The notes: generated by a model not told the origin, from the sequence alone. A stretch of 52,277 nucleotides of DNA from Deltaproteobacteria bacterium (GCA_016218805.1 JACRCW010000051.1:1-52277), one strand, 5' to 3'; shown: positions 37,038-47,116, counted from the stretch's first letter. Translations and numbers: made by a program.

Positions 37038-37955
37038 TCAGGCCGCCTGGGGCGTCGTGTTGAACTCAGCCAGGTCCTGCTGCGGCGCGGACAGCGTGCG
37101 CCAGCCGCGGACCTTCGCCAGCTCGTTGAAGCGCTCCGTCAGATAGCCGGGAACGAACAGGCTGAAGGTGCGCGCCACGCGCGTGGGATCATTCAGCGTG
37201 TCAATCATCTGCTCGTAGGTTTCCTCGCCGTAGGCGTCCTTGAACGCGCTGGCCATCTCCGGCTTGTTGATCCACGCCACCGCACCGGCCCGGTCCGCCT
37301 CCGGGTGGAAGATGGTCCCGTCCACGCCGGGGCCGTAGTGGAAGCTCGTCAGCCCGCGGCCCTTGGACAGTCCGTCGCGGCTTTCGCGCGCCCACAGGCT
37401 GCCACGCAGTTCCCGCAGCCGGCGCTCATTGAGGTCCACCACCTCCCAGGAGCGGTGTTCAAACGCAAACAACCGGTCCCCAAACGCGCGGAGCAGGTAG
37501 CCCTGCTGGCCCTCCGCCGTGGGGTACTGCGGCATGATGCCGAACTTGCGCTTGTCCCGCGGCTGCAGCGTGCCCACGCCCAGGTGGTGGCTCACGATTT
37601 CAAACGAATGACACACGTTCAGCATGGACGCCGCACGCCCGGGACCGGACGCCTTGAGGTTGTCCTCCAGCACGCCGTCCACGAACTTACGGAACCCGGT
37701 GCACCACGGTTCCTCGTAGCCTTCAAATGGACTGCCCGGTCCGCCGCTGGAGAGCACCAGGTCGCTGTCAGCGGGCGGGAGCTCTCCCAGGTTTCGCGGC
37801 TGCACGTGCGCCAGGCTCACGGTCACACCGGGGTTGGTTTCCGTCACGCGCGTGGTGAACCGGCCCAACAGGTACTTGAAGCAGCGGATGCCCTGGTTGG
37901 GGTGGCCATTGTTCATGTCCACCAGGCACAGCTTGAGCGTTGTTTCCTTCGACAT
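37038..37955 (-). CDS. Class I glutamine amidotransferase-like protein
   Basis: SSGGPGSP, nucleophile VCHSF, FHPE; N-terminal DMNNGHPNQG.R. Confidence 0.8.
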   Translation of the reverse strand: MSKETTLKLCLVDMNNGHPNQGIRCFKYLLGRFTTRVTETNPGVTVSLAHVQPRNLGELPPADSDLVLSSGGPGSPFEGYEEPWCTGFRKFVDGVLEDNLKASGPGRAASMLNVCHSFEIVSHHLGVGTLQPRDKRKFGIMPQYPTAEGQQGYLLRAFGDRLFAFEHRSWEVVDLNERRLRELRGSLWARESRDGLSKGRGLTSFHYGPGVDGTIFHPEADRAGAVAWINKPEMASAFKDAYGEETYEQMIDTLNDPTRVARTFSLFVPGYLTERFNELAKVRGWRTLSAPQQDLAEFNTTPQAA

Positions 37956-38060
37956 GGTCCGGCCGGTCCTAGTACACGCCACCGCGCTTGTCTTCCCCGC
38001 CCGCACTGCCTATGGGCCGCGCCTCCATGACACCGGGTGGGACGCTGGACGAGGAGAAGC

Positions 38061-39200
38061 ATGGGACACGTGGACCCCGCGGACGTGCTGCCGCTGATGG
38101 ACCGCATGGGTGCCGACGGGCGCTACACCGGGCGCGGCATCACCATGGCGTTCCTGGATTCCGGGTTCTTTGCGCACGCGGACCTGGTCAGCCCGCGCAA
38201 GCGCATCCGCGCCTACCAGGACATCATGAGCGGCAAGAGCGGCCTGGAGCACCTGCACGACACCACCGACCCCAGCGCGTGGCACGGCATGATGTCCACC
38301 GTGGTGGCCGCGGGCAACGGCGCGCTGTCTGACGGGCGCTTCCGCGGCCTGGCCCCGGACGCGGAGCTGGTGCTGGTGAAAGTGGGCAGCATGGCGCGCG
38401 TCCGCCATGACGACATTGCGCGCGGCGTGGAGTGGGTGCTCACACACCGCCAGAAGTACGACATCCGCATCCTGAACATTTCGTGCGGCGGTGACTACGA
38501 GGCCAGCTACCTGACGGACATCCTCAGCCGCATGACGGAAGCCTGCATCCGCGAAGGCATCGTCGTGGTGGTGGCGGTGGGCAACGCGGGGCACCTGCCC
38601 GGTCACCCGGTGCTGCCGCCCGCCAGCGTTCCCGCCGTCATCAGCGTGGGCGGCGTGGATGACGCGGGCAACCCCAAGTACGGCCGCCGGACCAGCTACA
38701 ACCACTCCTACGGGCCCACGGTGGACGGGCTTCAGAAGCCCGAGGTGGTGGCGCTGGCGGATTGGATTGCCGCGCCCATCCTGCCGGGCACGCCCACCAA
38801 GGCGCAGGCCGAGTTCCTCAAGAAGCTGGACCACACCGCGGACAAGAACCTGGCGCGCGTTATTGGCGAGCACCCGGGCCTGGACTCCTCGCTGGATGAA
38901 GCGCTGCACCGCCCGCCCTACCTGCTGCGGCAGATCATCTGGGGCCGCCTGCGCGACCAGCACGTCATCAACGAGCACTACAAGAAGGTGGACGGCACCA
39001 GCTTTGCCGCGCCCATTGTCAGCAGCGTGGTGGCGCAGATGCTGGAAGCCAACCCGGACCTCACCCCGCAACAGTGCAAGCGCATCCTCATCAAGACGGC
39101 GGTGCGGCTGCACAACGTGGAGGTGGACCGCCAGGGTTGGGGTGAAGTGAAAGCGCGCCCCGCGGTGGAGCACGCTCTGTCCCTGAAGCACGCGAGGTGA
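38061..39200 (+). CDS. AprX-like intracellular S8 serine protease
   Basis: GAGGAG RBS; GITMAFLDSG, WHGMM, AVGN, KPEVVA, DGTSFAAP; no signal peptide. Confidence 0.9.
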   Translation: MGHVDPADVLPLMDRMGADGRYTGRGITMAFLDSGFFAHADLVSPRKRIRAYQDIMSGKSGLEHLHDTTDPSAWHGMMSTVVAAGNGALSDGRFRGLAPDAELVLVKVGSMARVRHDDIARGVEWVLTHRQKYDIRILNISCGGDYEASYLTDILSRMTEACIREGIVVVVAVGNAGHLPGHPVLPPASVPAVISVGGVDDAGNPKYGRRTSYNHSYGPTVDGLQKPEVVALADWIAAPILPGTPTKAQAEFLKKLDHTADKNLARVIGEHPGLDSSLDEALHRPPYLLRQIIWGRLRDQHVINEHYKKVDGTSFAAPIVSSVVAQMLEANPDLTPQQCKRILIKTAVRLHNVEVDRQGWGEVKARPAVEHALSLKHAR

Positions 39201-40732
39201 GCATGCGCCGGTTGCGCGGGGTGGTGTTGGGTGTGACGTGGATGGTGGCGGGCTGCACCGGCCGCACCGGAACCGATGCGGGCACCACCACCACCGACGC
39301 GGGGCGGGCCGATGCCGGTCTTTCCGACGCGGGCGGACAGGACGGCGGGCGGACCGGGACGTTTGCGGACCTGCGTGACGGGTACTGCACCCGCGCGGCC
39401 GCACTGTGGTGCGCCTCCATGGCGGAATGCGGGTGCGTGGCGCCGGAAGGCGGGGCGCTGTCCGTCACGGCCTGTGAAACCTTCCTGCTCCAGCGCTGCC
39501 AGTCCGGCATGGCGGACGTGGGGGCGCGGGTGGAGGCGGGCGCGCTGGTGGTGCTGCCGGATTTCATTGAGGCGTGCCTGGCGGCCAGCGCGCGCTCCAT
39601 GGGCCGCTGCGAACCCCCGCGCGACGACACCACGCGCGTCCCGTGCGCCTCCATGGTGGCCGCACCGGTGGAGCTGGGCGGCACTTGCACGGGGAGCATC
39701 TGCGCGCGCGGCGCCGGTTTCTGTGACGAGACCCATACCTGCACGGCGCTGCCCGCGGCAGGGCAGCCGTGCACCAGCGCGTGCGCGGCGGGCGCGCGTT
39801 GCGCGGAGGGCACCTGCCGCGCGCTGCTGGGGCCGGACGGCGGCTGTGCGGATGACCACGCGTGCGCGGACCACCAGCGCTGCGTGCATGCCCGCTGCAC
39901 GGCCCTGGCGCCGCCTGGTGCCGCGTGCGCGGCTGATGAAAGCTGCGCCGCGGCGCTGCGCTGCCGGGGCGGTCATTGCGAGGTGCCCGACGGGGGATGC
40001 TCTGTCAGCGACGAGCCCTGCGCGAACCTGGCCACGTGCGCCGTGCCGCAGACGCGGCGGTGCGCCACGCCGGGCGGCGAGGACGCAGGCTGCGCGCAGG
40101 ACCAGGAATGCACCGGCGGCCTGTTCTGCGAATACGACGGCGGCCGGTGTCATTCACTGCCGGCGGACGGGGCGCCGTGCGGCAACGGTGTGTGGTGCCG
40201 CAACGGGCTGGGGTGCGGGATGGAGACGGGCCGGTGCGCGGCGCTCCCCGGTGACGGCGGGGCGTGCGCGCTGGGCGTGCTGGGGCCGTTCCTGTGCGCG
40301 GAGGGACTGGCGTGCCGGGAGACGGGCAGTTGCGGCGCATTCCCTGAAGACGGCGAAGCGTGCGCCATCCCCAACACGTGTGCGCCCGGCCTGGGGTGTG
40401 ACTTCACGGCCAACGGGAGCGTGTGCGCGCAGCGCCGCCCCGCGGGTGGTGCGTGCCAGAACGACCAGGTCTGCCAGGATGGGCTGTTCTGTGACTTCCA
40501 CGTCGGGACGTGTGCCGCGCTGCGCGGGGTGGGAGCGCCGTGTTCGTCCGGGAATGAGTGCGGTTCCGGGTTGACCTGCACGGTGGATGTGCCGGGCAAC
40601 CCGCATTGCCTGCCCATCCCGGGTCTGGCGGAGCCGTGCCTGTTTGACTGCGCCCCCGGGTTGTACTGCCGCAGCGTTCCCGGTGACGGCGTGTGCCTGG
40701 CGCCCATCTGCCGCGCGGTGCTGGGCGGATGA
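39197..40732 (+). CDS. Very Cys-rich lipoprotein (Dickkopf/EB-like repeats)
   Basis: Lipobox VAGC; about 10 repeats of G..C....C..GL.C....C; GTGA overlap with the S8 gene. Confidence 0.8.
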   Translation: MSMRRLRGVVLGVTWMVAGCTGRTGTDAGTTTTDAGRADAGLSDAGGQDGGRTGTFADLRDGYCTRAAALWCASMAECGCVAPEGGALSVTACETFLLQRCQSGMADVGARVEAGALVVLPDFIEACLAASARSMGRCEPPRDDTTRVPCASMVAAPVELGGTCTGSICARGAGFCDETHTCTALPAAGQPCTSACAAGARCAEGTCRALLGPDGGCADDHACADHQRCVHARCTALAPPGAACAADESCAAALRCRGGHCEVPDGGCSVSDEPCANLATCAVPQTRRCATPGGEDAGCAQDQECTGGLFCEYDGGRCHSLPADGAPCGNGVWCRNGLGCGMETGRCAALPGDGGACALGVLGPFLCAEGLACRETGSCGAFPEDGEACAIPNTCAPGLGCDFTANGSVCAQRRPAGGACQNDQVCQDGLFCDFHVGTCAALRGVGAPCSSGNECGSGLTCTVDVPGNPHCLPIPGLAEPCLFDCAPGLYCRSVPGDGVCLAPICRAVLGG

Positions 40733-40742
40733 GCCACCCGCC

Positions 40743-41579
40743 TCAGTCCCCCGGCAGGTGGAGGCTGAACGCGGGCCGGTAGGGGTCGCTCGCCGGGCCG
40801 GTGGCGGGCGGGAGCAGGCTGTCCAAGAGGACCGCGGTGAACGGTGCCACCGGTTGCACCAGGCCCAGCAAGCCCAGCAGCGCCGCGCACCCCGCGAGGA
40901 ACGCCGCGATGGGAGCGGCGAACACAGCCACGACGCCGCCCCACAGCACCCCTTGCGCTGCGCGCGTGACGGGGTCCACACCGGCCGAGGCGCCGTACAG
41001 GATGGTCATGCTGACGCCGGTGGCCACCGCCGCCGCGCCCGCCGCCACCACCGCGGCACCCAGCCCCGCCAGCGCGTGAACCAACGCGTCGGCGGCCAGC
41101 GCCATGGAGCCCAGGCGGATGCGCGAGGCGGGACGCAGGCGCGCCTGGGGCGGGAAGGGCACCAGGTAGGGCGCGAACACGCGCAGCGGGACGTACACCC
41201 CCAGGCCCATCACCGCGCCCACCGGCAACGCCGCCAGCAGCGCCAGCAGCCCCACGCACGCGGCGCCGGACTGGAAGCCCGTGGCCACCAGCAGCAGGCC
41301 CCCCGCGGCAAGGGCCGCGGCGGTCCCCAACCCGCAGCCCAGCAATCCCGAGGCGCTGGGGCACGTCATGCCCAGTCCGAGCGCCGCCAGGCGCACCAGG
41401 GGTCCCGTCGTTGTCTCGTCGCGCGGCGGCGGCGGCGGTGGTGGCGGAAGGATCGGCGCGTCGTCGTCGCCGTCATCGTGGGATGGACCGGCGTGGTCCG
41501 GACCCACCTCTTCGTCGTCCAGCGGCACCGCGCCCACCGGCGCCGCGCACAGCACCACCGTCAAGTACCAGGCCCCCAT
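40743..41579 (-). CDS. Hypothetical membrane protein
   Basis: ATG 41579; acidic/poly-Pro N-terminus followed by several Gly/Ala-rich hydrophobic helices. Confidence 0.55.
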   Translation of the reverse strand: MGAWYLTVVLCAAPVGAVPLDDEEVGPDHAGPSHDDGDDDAPILPPPPPPPPRDETTTGPLVRLAALGLGMTCPSASGLLGCGLGTAAALAAGGLLLVATGFQSGAACVGLLALLAALPVGAVMGLGVYVPLRVFAPYLVPFPPQARLRPASRIRLGSMALAADALVHALAGLGAAVVAAGAAAVATGVSMTILYGASAGVDPVTRAAQGVLWGGVVAVFAAPIAAFLAGCAALLGLLGLVQPVAPFTAVLLDSLLPPATGPASDPYRPAFSLHLPGD

Positions 41580-41767
41580 CCCCGCCCCCTCACAGAACGC
41601 CGATCTTCTGCCCCGTCCGCGTGGCGCTGCCGTTGTCGTCGGCAAGCACCTCCACGCGGCTGGCCTCCGCACCCTGCGGATGGTGCCTGCGCCACGGGGA
41701 TGCGGGCAAGCGGTGCGGGGCGCGCGGCGCGGTTCCTCACCGCACCGCGCGGCCCGTCAGGCCTGCG

Positions 41768-42841
41768 TCACGGCGTGAGGTTGTTCCACCCGAACGAACC
41801 GCACCCGCTCATGCCCGGGTCCGTCCGCACCGCGGTGGTGGTCCCGGCGGCGGTGGCCTCGTCCGCGGCGTCAAAGATGATCTGGCAGTACCAGAGCGCA
41901 CCCGCGGCGTCGTAGGTCCAGTCAAAGCGACTCCACTTGGACGGGTTGTACGGGTCGGTCGGGTCGTTCTGCGCCACCAGGTATTCCGCGTTGTTGTGGA
42001 CCTGGGTGATGGTGAAGGTCGTTGGCGAGGCGCCGCTGAACGTCATCACCCACGCGTTCTGTGCAATGGCATGCGTGCTGGCCCAGTTGTCCACGTAGCT
42101 GCCGATGATCTCCAGGTCCGCGGGATTGGCCAGGCGGTTCCACGCGAACGATCCGCAGCCGCTTGCGCCCGGGTCCGTGCGCACGGCGCTGGTGTTGGCC
42201 GCGGCGGTGGCCTGGTCCGCAGCGTTGAACACGATCTGGCAGTACCAGAGCGCTCCGGTGGCGTCGTAGGTCCAGTCAATGCGGCTCCACATGGACGGGT
42301 TGTAGGGGTCGGCCGGGTCGTTCTGCGCCACCAGGAAATCCGCGTCGTTGTGGTACTCGTGGATGGTGAACGTCGTCGGGGAGGCGCCGCTGAACGTCAT
42401 CACCCACGTGTCCTGGGCAATGGTGTGCGCGGTATTCCAGTTGTCCGTGTAGCTGCCGTTGATGCTGAGCATCGCGCGGCCGGGGCCGCTGCTGGACGTC
42501 CCCATGCTGGACGAGCCACCCATGCTCATGCTGGACGAGCCACCCATGCTCATGCTGGACGAGCCCATGCTCATGCCGGACGAGCCACCCATGCTCATGC
42601 TGGACGAGCCCATGCTCATACCCGACGAGACCATGCTCATTCCGGACGAGCCACCCATGCTCATGCCGCTGGATGACCCGCCGTGGCTGTGACTGCCGCT
42701 CGACGAACTGGAAGACCCGCCGGAGCTGCTGGATGACGTGTTGTTGTCGTCGTCATCGTCGGACGGGGTGCAGCCCTGCGCAACGGCGAGGGCAAGGGCG
42801 GGGAGGGCACAACGGGCCAACACGCTGAACAACCTGCTCAT
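41768..42841 (-). CDS. Lipoprotein with Ser/Gly/Met-rich linker and two tandem 118-aa domains; last gene of the B12-riboswitch operon
   Basis: Lipobox AQGC; seven MSM motifs; duplicated GSY.DNW..H.I....W..AQND..DPYNPS.WSR.DW..YCQ..GCGSF.W (354-bp DNA period). Confidence 0.85.
   Translation of the reverse strand: MSRLFSVLARCALPALALAVAQGCTPSDDDDDNNTSSSSSGGSSSSSSGSHSHGGSSSGMSMGGSSGMSMVSSGMSMGSSSMSMGGSSGMSMGSSSMSMGGSSSMSMGGSSSMGTSSSGPGRAMLSINGSYTDNWNTAHTIAQDTWVMTFSGASPTTFTIHEYHNDADFLVAQNDPADPYNPSMWSRIDWTYDATGALWYCQIVFNAADQATAAANTSAVRTDPGASGCGSFAWNRLANPADLEIIGSYVDNWASTHAIAQNAWVMTFSGASPTTFTITQVHNNAEYLVAQNDPTDPYNPSKWSRFDWTYDAAGALWYCQIIFDAADEATAAGTTTAVRTDPGMSGCGSFGWNNLTP
42501..42670 (-). repeat. 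Coding tandem repeat (18-24-bp units) encoding SS(S/G)MSMG(G)
   Basis: Repeated CATGCTCATGCTGGACGAGCC(ACC) on the + strand. Confidence 0.9.
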
Positions 42842-42850
42842 GGGATCACC

Positions 42851-43525
42851 TCACGGACCGTCGTGGCGGACCACCGCCACGGCGTCCAAGTCAAAGCCGG
42901 CCGTCTGGGCCGGCTGGTCCTGGGGTGCTTCATCCGTGATGCGGACGAAGCGTGCTCGTTCCACCCCGATGTCAGAGAAATCAAACAGGTCACCGCCCGA
43001 GACGGCGGGGTCCACGGGGCTGATGCCGCCGTCGCGTCCGGGCGCCTGCACGGGGATGACCCCGGCGCAGCCGGTGAACGGCCACGCGGTGCTGTCGCAG
43101 GGGAAGGCGTGCCATGTTTCGCCGTCCTGGCTGACCTCCACGCGTGCGGGCTCCGCCCAGGTCTGACCTTGCCCGGCCAGCAGGAACGCGTTCTCAAACA
43201 CAATGAGGTCCGGACCGGGGCCGTCCACCGCGTCCCGCCCAAGCCGCACGGTGATGCTCCCGCGGTTGCCCAGCGACAGCACATCAAAGCTGCCGCGGCC
43301 GGTGCCGCCGCCCGACGGCGGGCCCAGGACCACGCCCGGGAACAAGTCCTGCCCGAACCCCGCGTTGGTCCCGTAGGTCACGGCCACCACCTCGACAATG
43401 AAGTCCGAGCCGGCGTCCTGCGGGGTGGTGGAGGAACCGCTGTCCGCCGCGGTGTGCGCGCCGGAAGGGTCAGGAGCGCCGCAGGCGGCGGCGAACAGTG
43501 CGGTGAAAACGAGAACGCTGCGCAT
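42851..43525 (-). CDS. Cell-surface lipoprotein, BtuH-like candidate cobamide-binding domain
   Basis: Lipobox AAAC; VLSLG..GSI, DGPGPDLIVFENAF, EPA.V.VSQDG, GGD.FD..D.G, FVRITD, GFDLDAV. Confidence 0.7.
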   Translation of the reverse strand: MRSVLVFTALFAAACGAPDPSGAHTAADSGSSTTPQDAGSDFIVEVVAVTYGTNAGFGQDLFPGVVLGPPSGGGTGRGSFDVLSLGNRGSITVRLGRDAVDGPGPDLIVFENAFLLAGQGQTWAEPARVEVSQDGETWHAFPCDSTAWPFTGCAGVIPVQAPGRDGGISPVDPAVSGGDLFDFSDIGVERARFVRITDEAPQDQPAQTAGFDLDAVAVVRHDGP

Positions 43526-43526
43526 G

Positions 43527-45131
43527 TCATGGCCCCAGGATGAAGCGCGTGTCCACGGCCGCCACGCGGCTGGCCAGGGACAGGAGGATGAGGATGTCCG
43601 CGCCGGTCCGGTCCACGCCGTTGCGGCCGGGCCGGATGGACAGGGATTGCACGCCCAGGCGGATGTTGCCGCTGAGTTCAGACAGATTGATGGGCGCCAC
43701 GAACGGGAAGGGCCGGACCGCGTCTCCCTGCGGGTCAACGACGACGAGACTGTCCGTGTCAAACACGCCGCAGAACACCAGTCCCGTGGGGTGCAGCGCG
43801 CACTCGAACACCGTGCTGAGCTGGTCGGTGTCTTCCACGTGGACCGCGTCCGCCGCGCCGCCGGGGCCCGCCACCACGGCGCCGGTGGCCAGGTCCAACC
43901 GCGCCAGGCGCGCGCGCAGCACGCTGGGCACGTAGACCGAGTGCCCATCCGGGAGCACCAGTGGCCGGGAGGGCGCGAACTCCGGCAGCGCAAAGCCGGC
44001 CGTGGAGGCGAGCGTGTCCGCGTCCAGCACGTCCACGCCGCTTGGGCCGGTGGTCCACACCTCGCCGTTGCGCTGCAGTTCACCCGTGCAGGAGACCAGC
44101 ACGTGGGCGCCGTCCGGATGCGGCACCACGTGCTGCGGGTTGGGCCAGCGCGTGAAGGTGGCGCGCGTCTCGCCCGTGGGGCGGCCGTCACTGGCGAGCC
44201 GGAACGCCACCACCATGCCGGGTGCGTAGCGCGCGGTGCCCGACGACACGGTGGACAGCACGTTGGCAAACGCGACGTAGGCCCAGTCACCCATCACGGC
44301 CAGACCGCCCGGGTTGCGGGGGAGCACCGCGGTCGCCGTGTCTTCGGGCTGGCCGTCACCGTCCCAGTCCGCCGGGGGGCTCACCGTGGTGGCCTGGGGC
44401 AGGGCCACCGGGGACACCGCGTCCGTGGTGCCGAGCACCGTGCCCTCATCCAGGTCCAGCGCGGCCAGGCGCCCCTGGCTGTACAGGCTCACAAAGCCGC
44501 GGTTGCCGCGCGCCACCATGGCCCACGGCGTGGCGGGCACCGGGCCCAGCGCGGAGGCGGTCTCCGGCAGCGCCACCACGGGGCCCGTGCGGTCACCGCT
44601 GTCCCAGTCCACGTTGTCCACCAGGTTGTCCCCGCTGAGCACCACGTACGCGCGCGTGCTGCCGGTGGTGGACGCATCCAGCGCCGTCACCACCTGGTTG
44701 GGCGTGGAGCCCGTGCCCGCGCGCCGCGGCTGCACGCTCTGGCGCAGGACGTCCACGGGCTTGCGCGCACGGAAACGCGTGGAAATGCCGGTCTGCGTCC
44801 CCCGCTTGGGGACCACCAGGTAGACCTGGTTCAGGCTCCCGCCCAGCATCACGTCAAACCGGCCGTCCGCTTCGGGCGTGACTTCATGGAGCTGCTGCTG
44901 CGTGTCGTCGTCATAGACCACCAGGCTGGTGCCCGGGGGCAGCGCTCCGTCAAAGCCGCGGAAGCGCGCGTTGCCCGCGCCGTCCCACAGCAGTGACATG
45001 CGCTCGTAGAGCACAAAGGTGTCCGGCACCGGGTCCGGGTTGGGCAGCGTGTCCGGCCCGGGCGTGCAGGCCGCGGCGGCCAGGAGCGCGGCGCCGCACA
45101 GCGCGCGGCAGTGAAACACGGCGGACCTCAT
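43527..45131 (-). CDS. YncE/BtuG-like beta-propeller lipoprotein
   Basis: Lipobox AAAC; propeller-type blades (GSTPNQV, AYVV.SGDN, P.AM, AYVA.AN, NPQ.V); ATGA overlap with the TonB receptor. Confidence 0.7.
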   Translation of the reverse strand: MRSAVFHCRALCGAALLAAAACTPGPDTLPNPDPVPDTFVLYERMSLLWDGAGNARFRGFDGALPPGTSLVVYDDDTQQQLHEVTPEADGRFDVMLGGSLNQVYLVVPKRGTQTGISTRFRARKPVDVLRQSVQPRRAGTGSTPNQVVTALDASTTGSTRAYVVLSGDNLVDNVDWDSGDRTGPVVALPETASALGPVPATPWAMVARGNRGFVSLYSQGRLAALDLDEGTVLGTTDAVSPVALPQATTVSPPADWDGDGQPEDTATAVLPRNPGGLAVMGDWAYVAFANVLSTVSSGTARYAPGMVVAFRLASDGRPTGETRATFTRWPNPQHVVPHPDGAHVLVSCTGELQRNGEVWTTGPSGVDVLDADTLASTAGFALPEFAPSRPLVLPDGHSVYVPSVLRARLARLDLATGAVVAGPGGAADAVHVEDTDQLSTVFECALHPTGLVFCGVFDTDSLVVVDPQGDAVRPFPFVAPINLSELSGNIRLGVQSLSIRPGRNGVDRTGADILILLSLASRVAAVDTRFILGP

Positions 45132-47116
45132 CCCCGACCTCCCAAGGCATCGCCGGGTGTCACACCGACGTTCACGAATCCTTCGCGGCCCGGCTGGGGC
45201 ACGCCCCACAGGTCCGTCTGCGTCCGGTCATTGAAGAGGTTGCGCACCATGGCGCGCACCTCCACGCCGGGGAACAGCCCTATTTCCACGCCGCCGTTGA
45301 AGCGCGTGGCGGGCCGGATGGGCAGCTCGCCGTAGAGGTTGCCGCTGGCACCGCTGCGGCCGCTCCACTCCAGCACGAGCCGCGCGCGCGGCGGACCCAG
45401 GCGCGCACTGGCGTGCGCTTCCAGCAGCGGCACCGCCGGCAGCGCCGCGCCCGTGGCATCCACGCGGGAGCCGTTGACGTCGGTACCCGCCGCCACCTCG
45501 CCCCAGCGGCCCAGCTGCGCGCGCAGCCACAGCTCACCGCCCGCGCGCCACACGCCGCTGACGTTCTGCGGCCGCACGTCAAAGGCGTTGACCGCGGTGT
45601 ACGCAATCATGTGCGCCATGCGCGCGCCGTACGCGGACAGCCCCACCTCGGCGAACGGCAGCGCCAACGCCGCGCCGCCGCCCGCTTCCCACCCGTCCTC
45701 CGCGCGCAGGCCCGGGTTGCCGGCCATGGGCACGTTGACGGGACGGTACAGCTCCTCCAGCGACGGGTTGCGCCAGGCGCGCGTGAGCTGCGCGTGCAGC
45801 ACCAGGCTGCGGAATGGCCGCACGCTGGCGCGCAGTTCGGGGAGGAACACGCCGCGCGGGTACACCGGCACCGGCACGGCGCCCTGCTGCACCAGCCAGC
45901 CCTGGCCCCGCACCCGCGCCTCCACCACCACCCGGGAGGAGAGCGGCGCAAACCGGAGCCCCGCGTCCACTCCCGCTGACGGCCGCGCCGTCCGGTACGC
46001 GCCGCTGTCCCCGTGCGACCACGCCGCATCCAGCACCCAGGAGGCGGACGCGTCCGCGGCCAGCATGGGGAACACCGCCCACACCAGCGTGGCCCGCCCG
46101 TTGTGGGACACGCTCTCCAACGCGCCTTTCACGGTGGCGCCGGGCCGAGGGTCCTCAAACTTCCAGCTGGCGTGGCGCACCGCCGTCTCCACCCGCGGTT
46201 CCAGCCCGTGCCACGCCGGGGTGCGCAGCTGGAAGCCCGCGGCGGTGCGCACCTGGGTCTCGCGCGGGGTGGGCAGCTGCTGCGTGCCAAAACCCGCAAT
46301 GCCGCCCTTGAGCAGGCTGACGTCCAGCACCGCCTCGCCGGACGGACCGCCAATCCATTCGCCCGCGGCCAACAGCGTCAGCCCCGCGCGGTGCCGGTCA
46401 TTGTTCACGCGCGCGCGCGCCGGCAGCACAATGGGCGCATCCAGCGGCCCCACCACCGGCTCATAGTCAAACTTCCCGTTGGTGGTGATGCCGCGCGCCA
46501 GCACCAGGGCGCCCGCCACCAGCTTGCCCAGCGTGACCGGCCGCCCCGCCGCCACGTCCACCCCAAACAGCTTCTCACTGCCGTAGGTGAATGACCCCGT
46601 CAGCACCGGGGCCAGCGGCACGCCGGGCTTGAGGCGCAGCATCCCGCCCAGCGCGCCCTCTGAGGCGGCGGTGGCCCCCGGCGTCAGCTCCGCGTTCTCC
46701 AGCGCCGCCGCGGGCACCTCCCCCAGGTCCAGCACGCCGGTCACCGGGTCATCCAGCCGGATGGGCCCCAGGTAGGTGGCCACGCGGCGGCCCTGCAGCC
46801 CGCGGATGGAGAGGTTGAACGCGCTCCCGTCCCCGCCGGTGCGCACCATCCGCACCCCCGGCAGCGCGTCCAGCTGGTCCTGCAGGTTGCCCTGCCGCGC
46901 GTGCAGCGACACGGAATGCGTCCCGGGCCGCGCCACGTCGATGGCCTCGCCCTCGACGACCACCGTCTCCGCCGGGGCCGCCACCTCCACCGGCATCTCG
47001 TAGTTGAAGTCCACCGGCGGCGGCGCCGCCCCGTCACCCGCCGCCTGCGCACGCGCCACCGTCTCCATGAGCAGGAGTACGGCAAGCAGGCGGGCCAAGG
47101 AGGAGACGCAGGTCAC
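45128..47116 (-). CDS. TonB-dependent receptor, probably BtuB-like cobalamin importer
   Basis: Signal peptide, TonB-box-like ETVVVEG, plug L..LPGV...SIRG, R.PSLEELY, GNPGLRAE, NLFND, PGR; directly under a cobalamin riboswitch. Confidence 0.88.
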   Translation of the reverse strand: MTCVSSLARLLAVLLLMETVARAQAAGDGAAPPPVDFNYEMPVEVAAPAETVVVEGEAIDVARPGTHSVSLHARQGNLQDQLDALPGVRMVRTGGDGSAFNLSIRGLQGRRVATYLGPIRLDDPVTGVLDLGEVPAAALENAELTPGATAASEGALGGMLRLKPGVPLAPVLTGSFTYGSEKLFGVDVAAGRPVTLGKLVAGALVLARGITTNGKFDYEPVVGPLDAPIVLPARARVNNDRHRAGLTLLAAGEWIGGPSGEAVLDVSLLKGGIAGFGTQQLPTPRETQVRTAAGFQLRTPAWHGLEPRVETAVRHASWKFEDPRPGATVKGALESVSHNGRATLVWAVFPMLAADASASWVLDAAWSHGDSGAYRTARPSAGVDAGLRFAPLSSRVVVEARVRGQGWLVQQGAVPVPVYPRGVFLPELRASVRPFRSLVLHAQLTRAWRNPSLEELYRPVNVPMAGNPGLRAEDGWEAGGGAALALPFAEVGLSAYGARMAHMIAYTAVNAFDVRPQNVSGVWRAGGELWLRAQLGRWGEVAAGTDVNGSRVDATGAALPAVPLLEAHASARLGPPRARLVLEWSGRSGASGNLYGELPIRPATRFNGGVEIGLFPGVEVRAMVRNLFNDRTQTDLWGVPQPGREGFVNVGVTPGDALGGRG

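Noticed and set aside
42459..42692. Plus-strand 77-aa ORF with (MLMLDEPP)n repeats
   Set aside because: Antisense reading of the lipoprotein linker repeat; no RBS or independent support.
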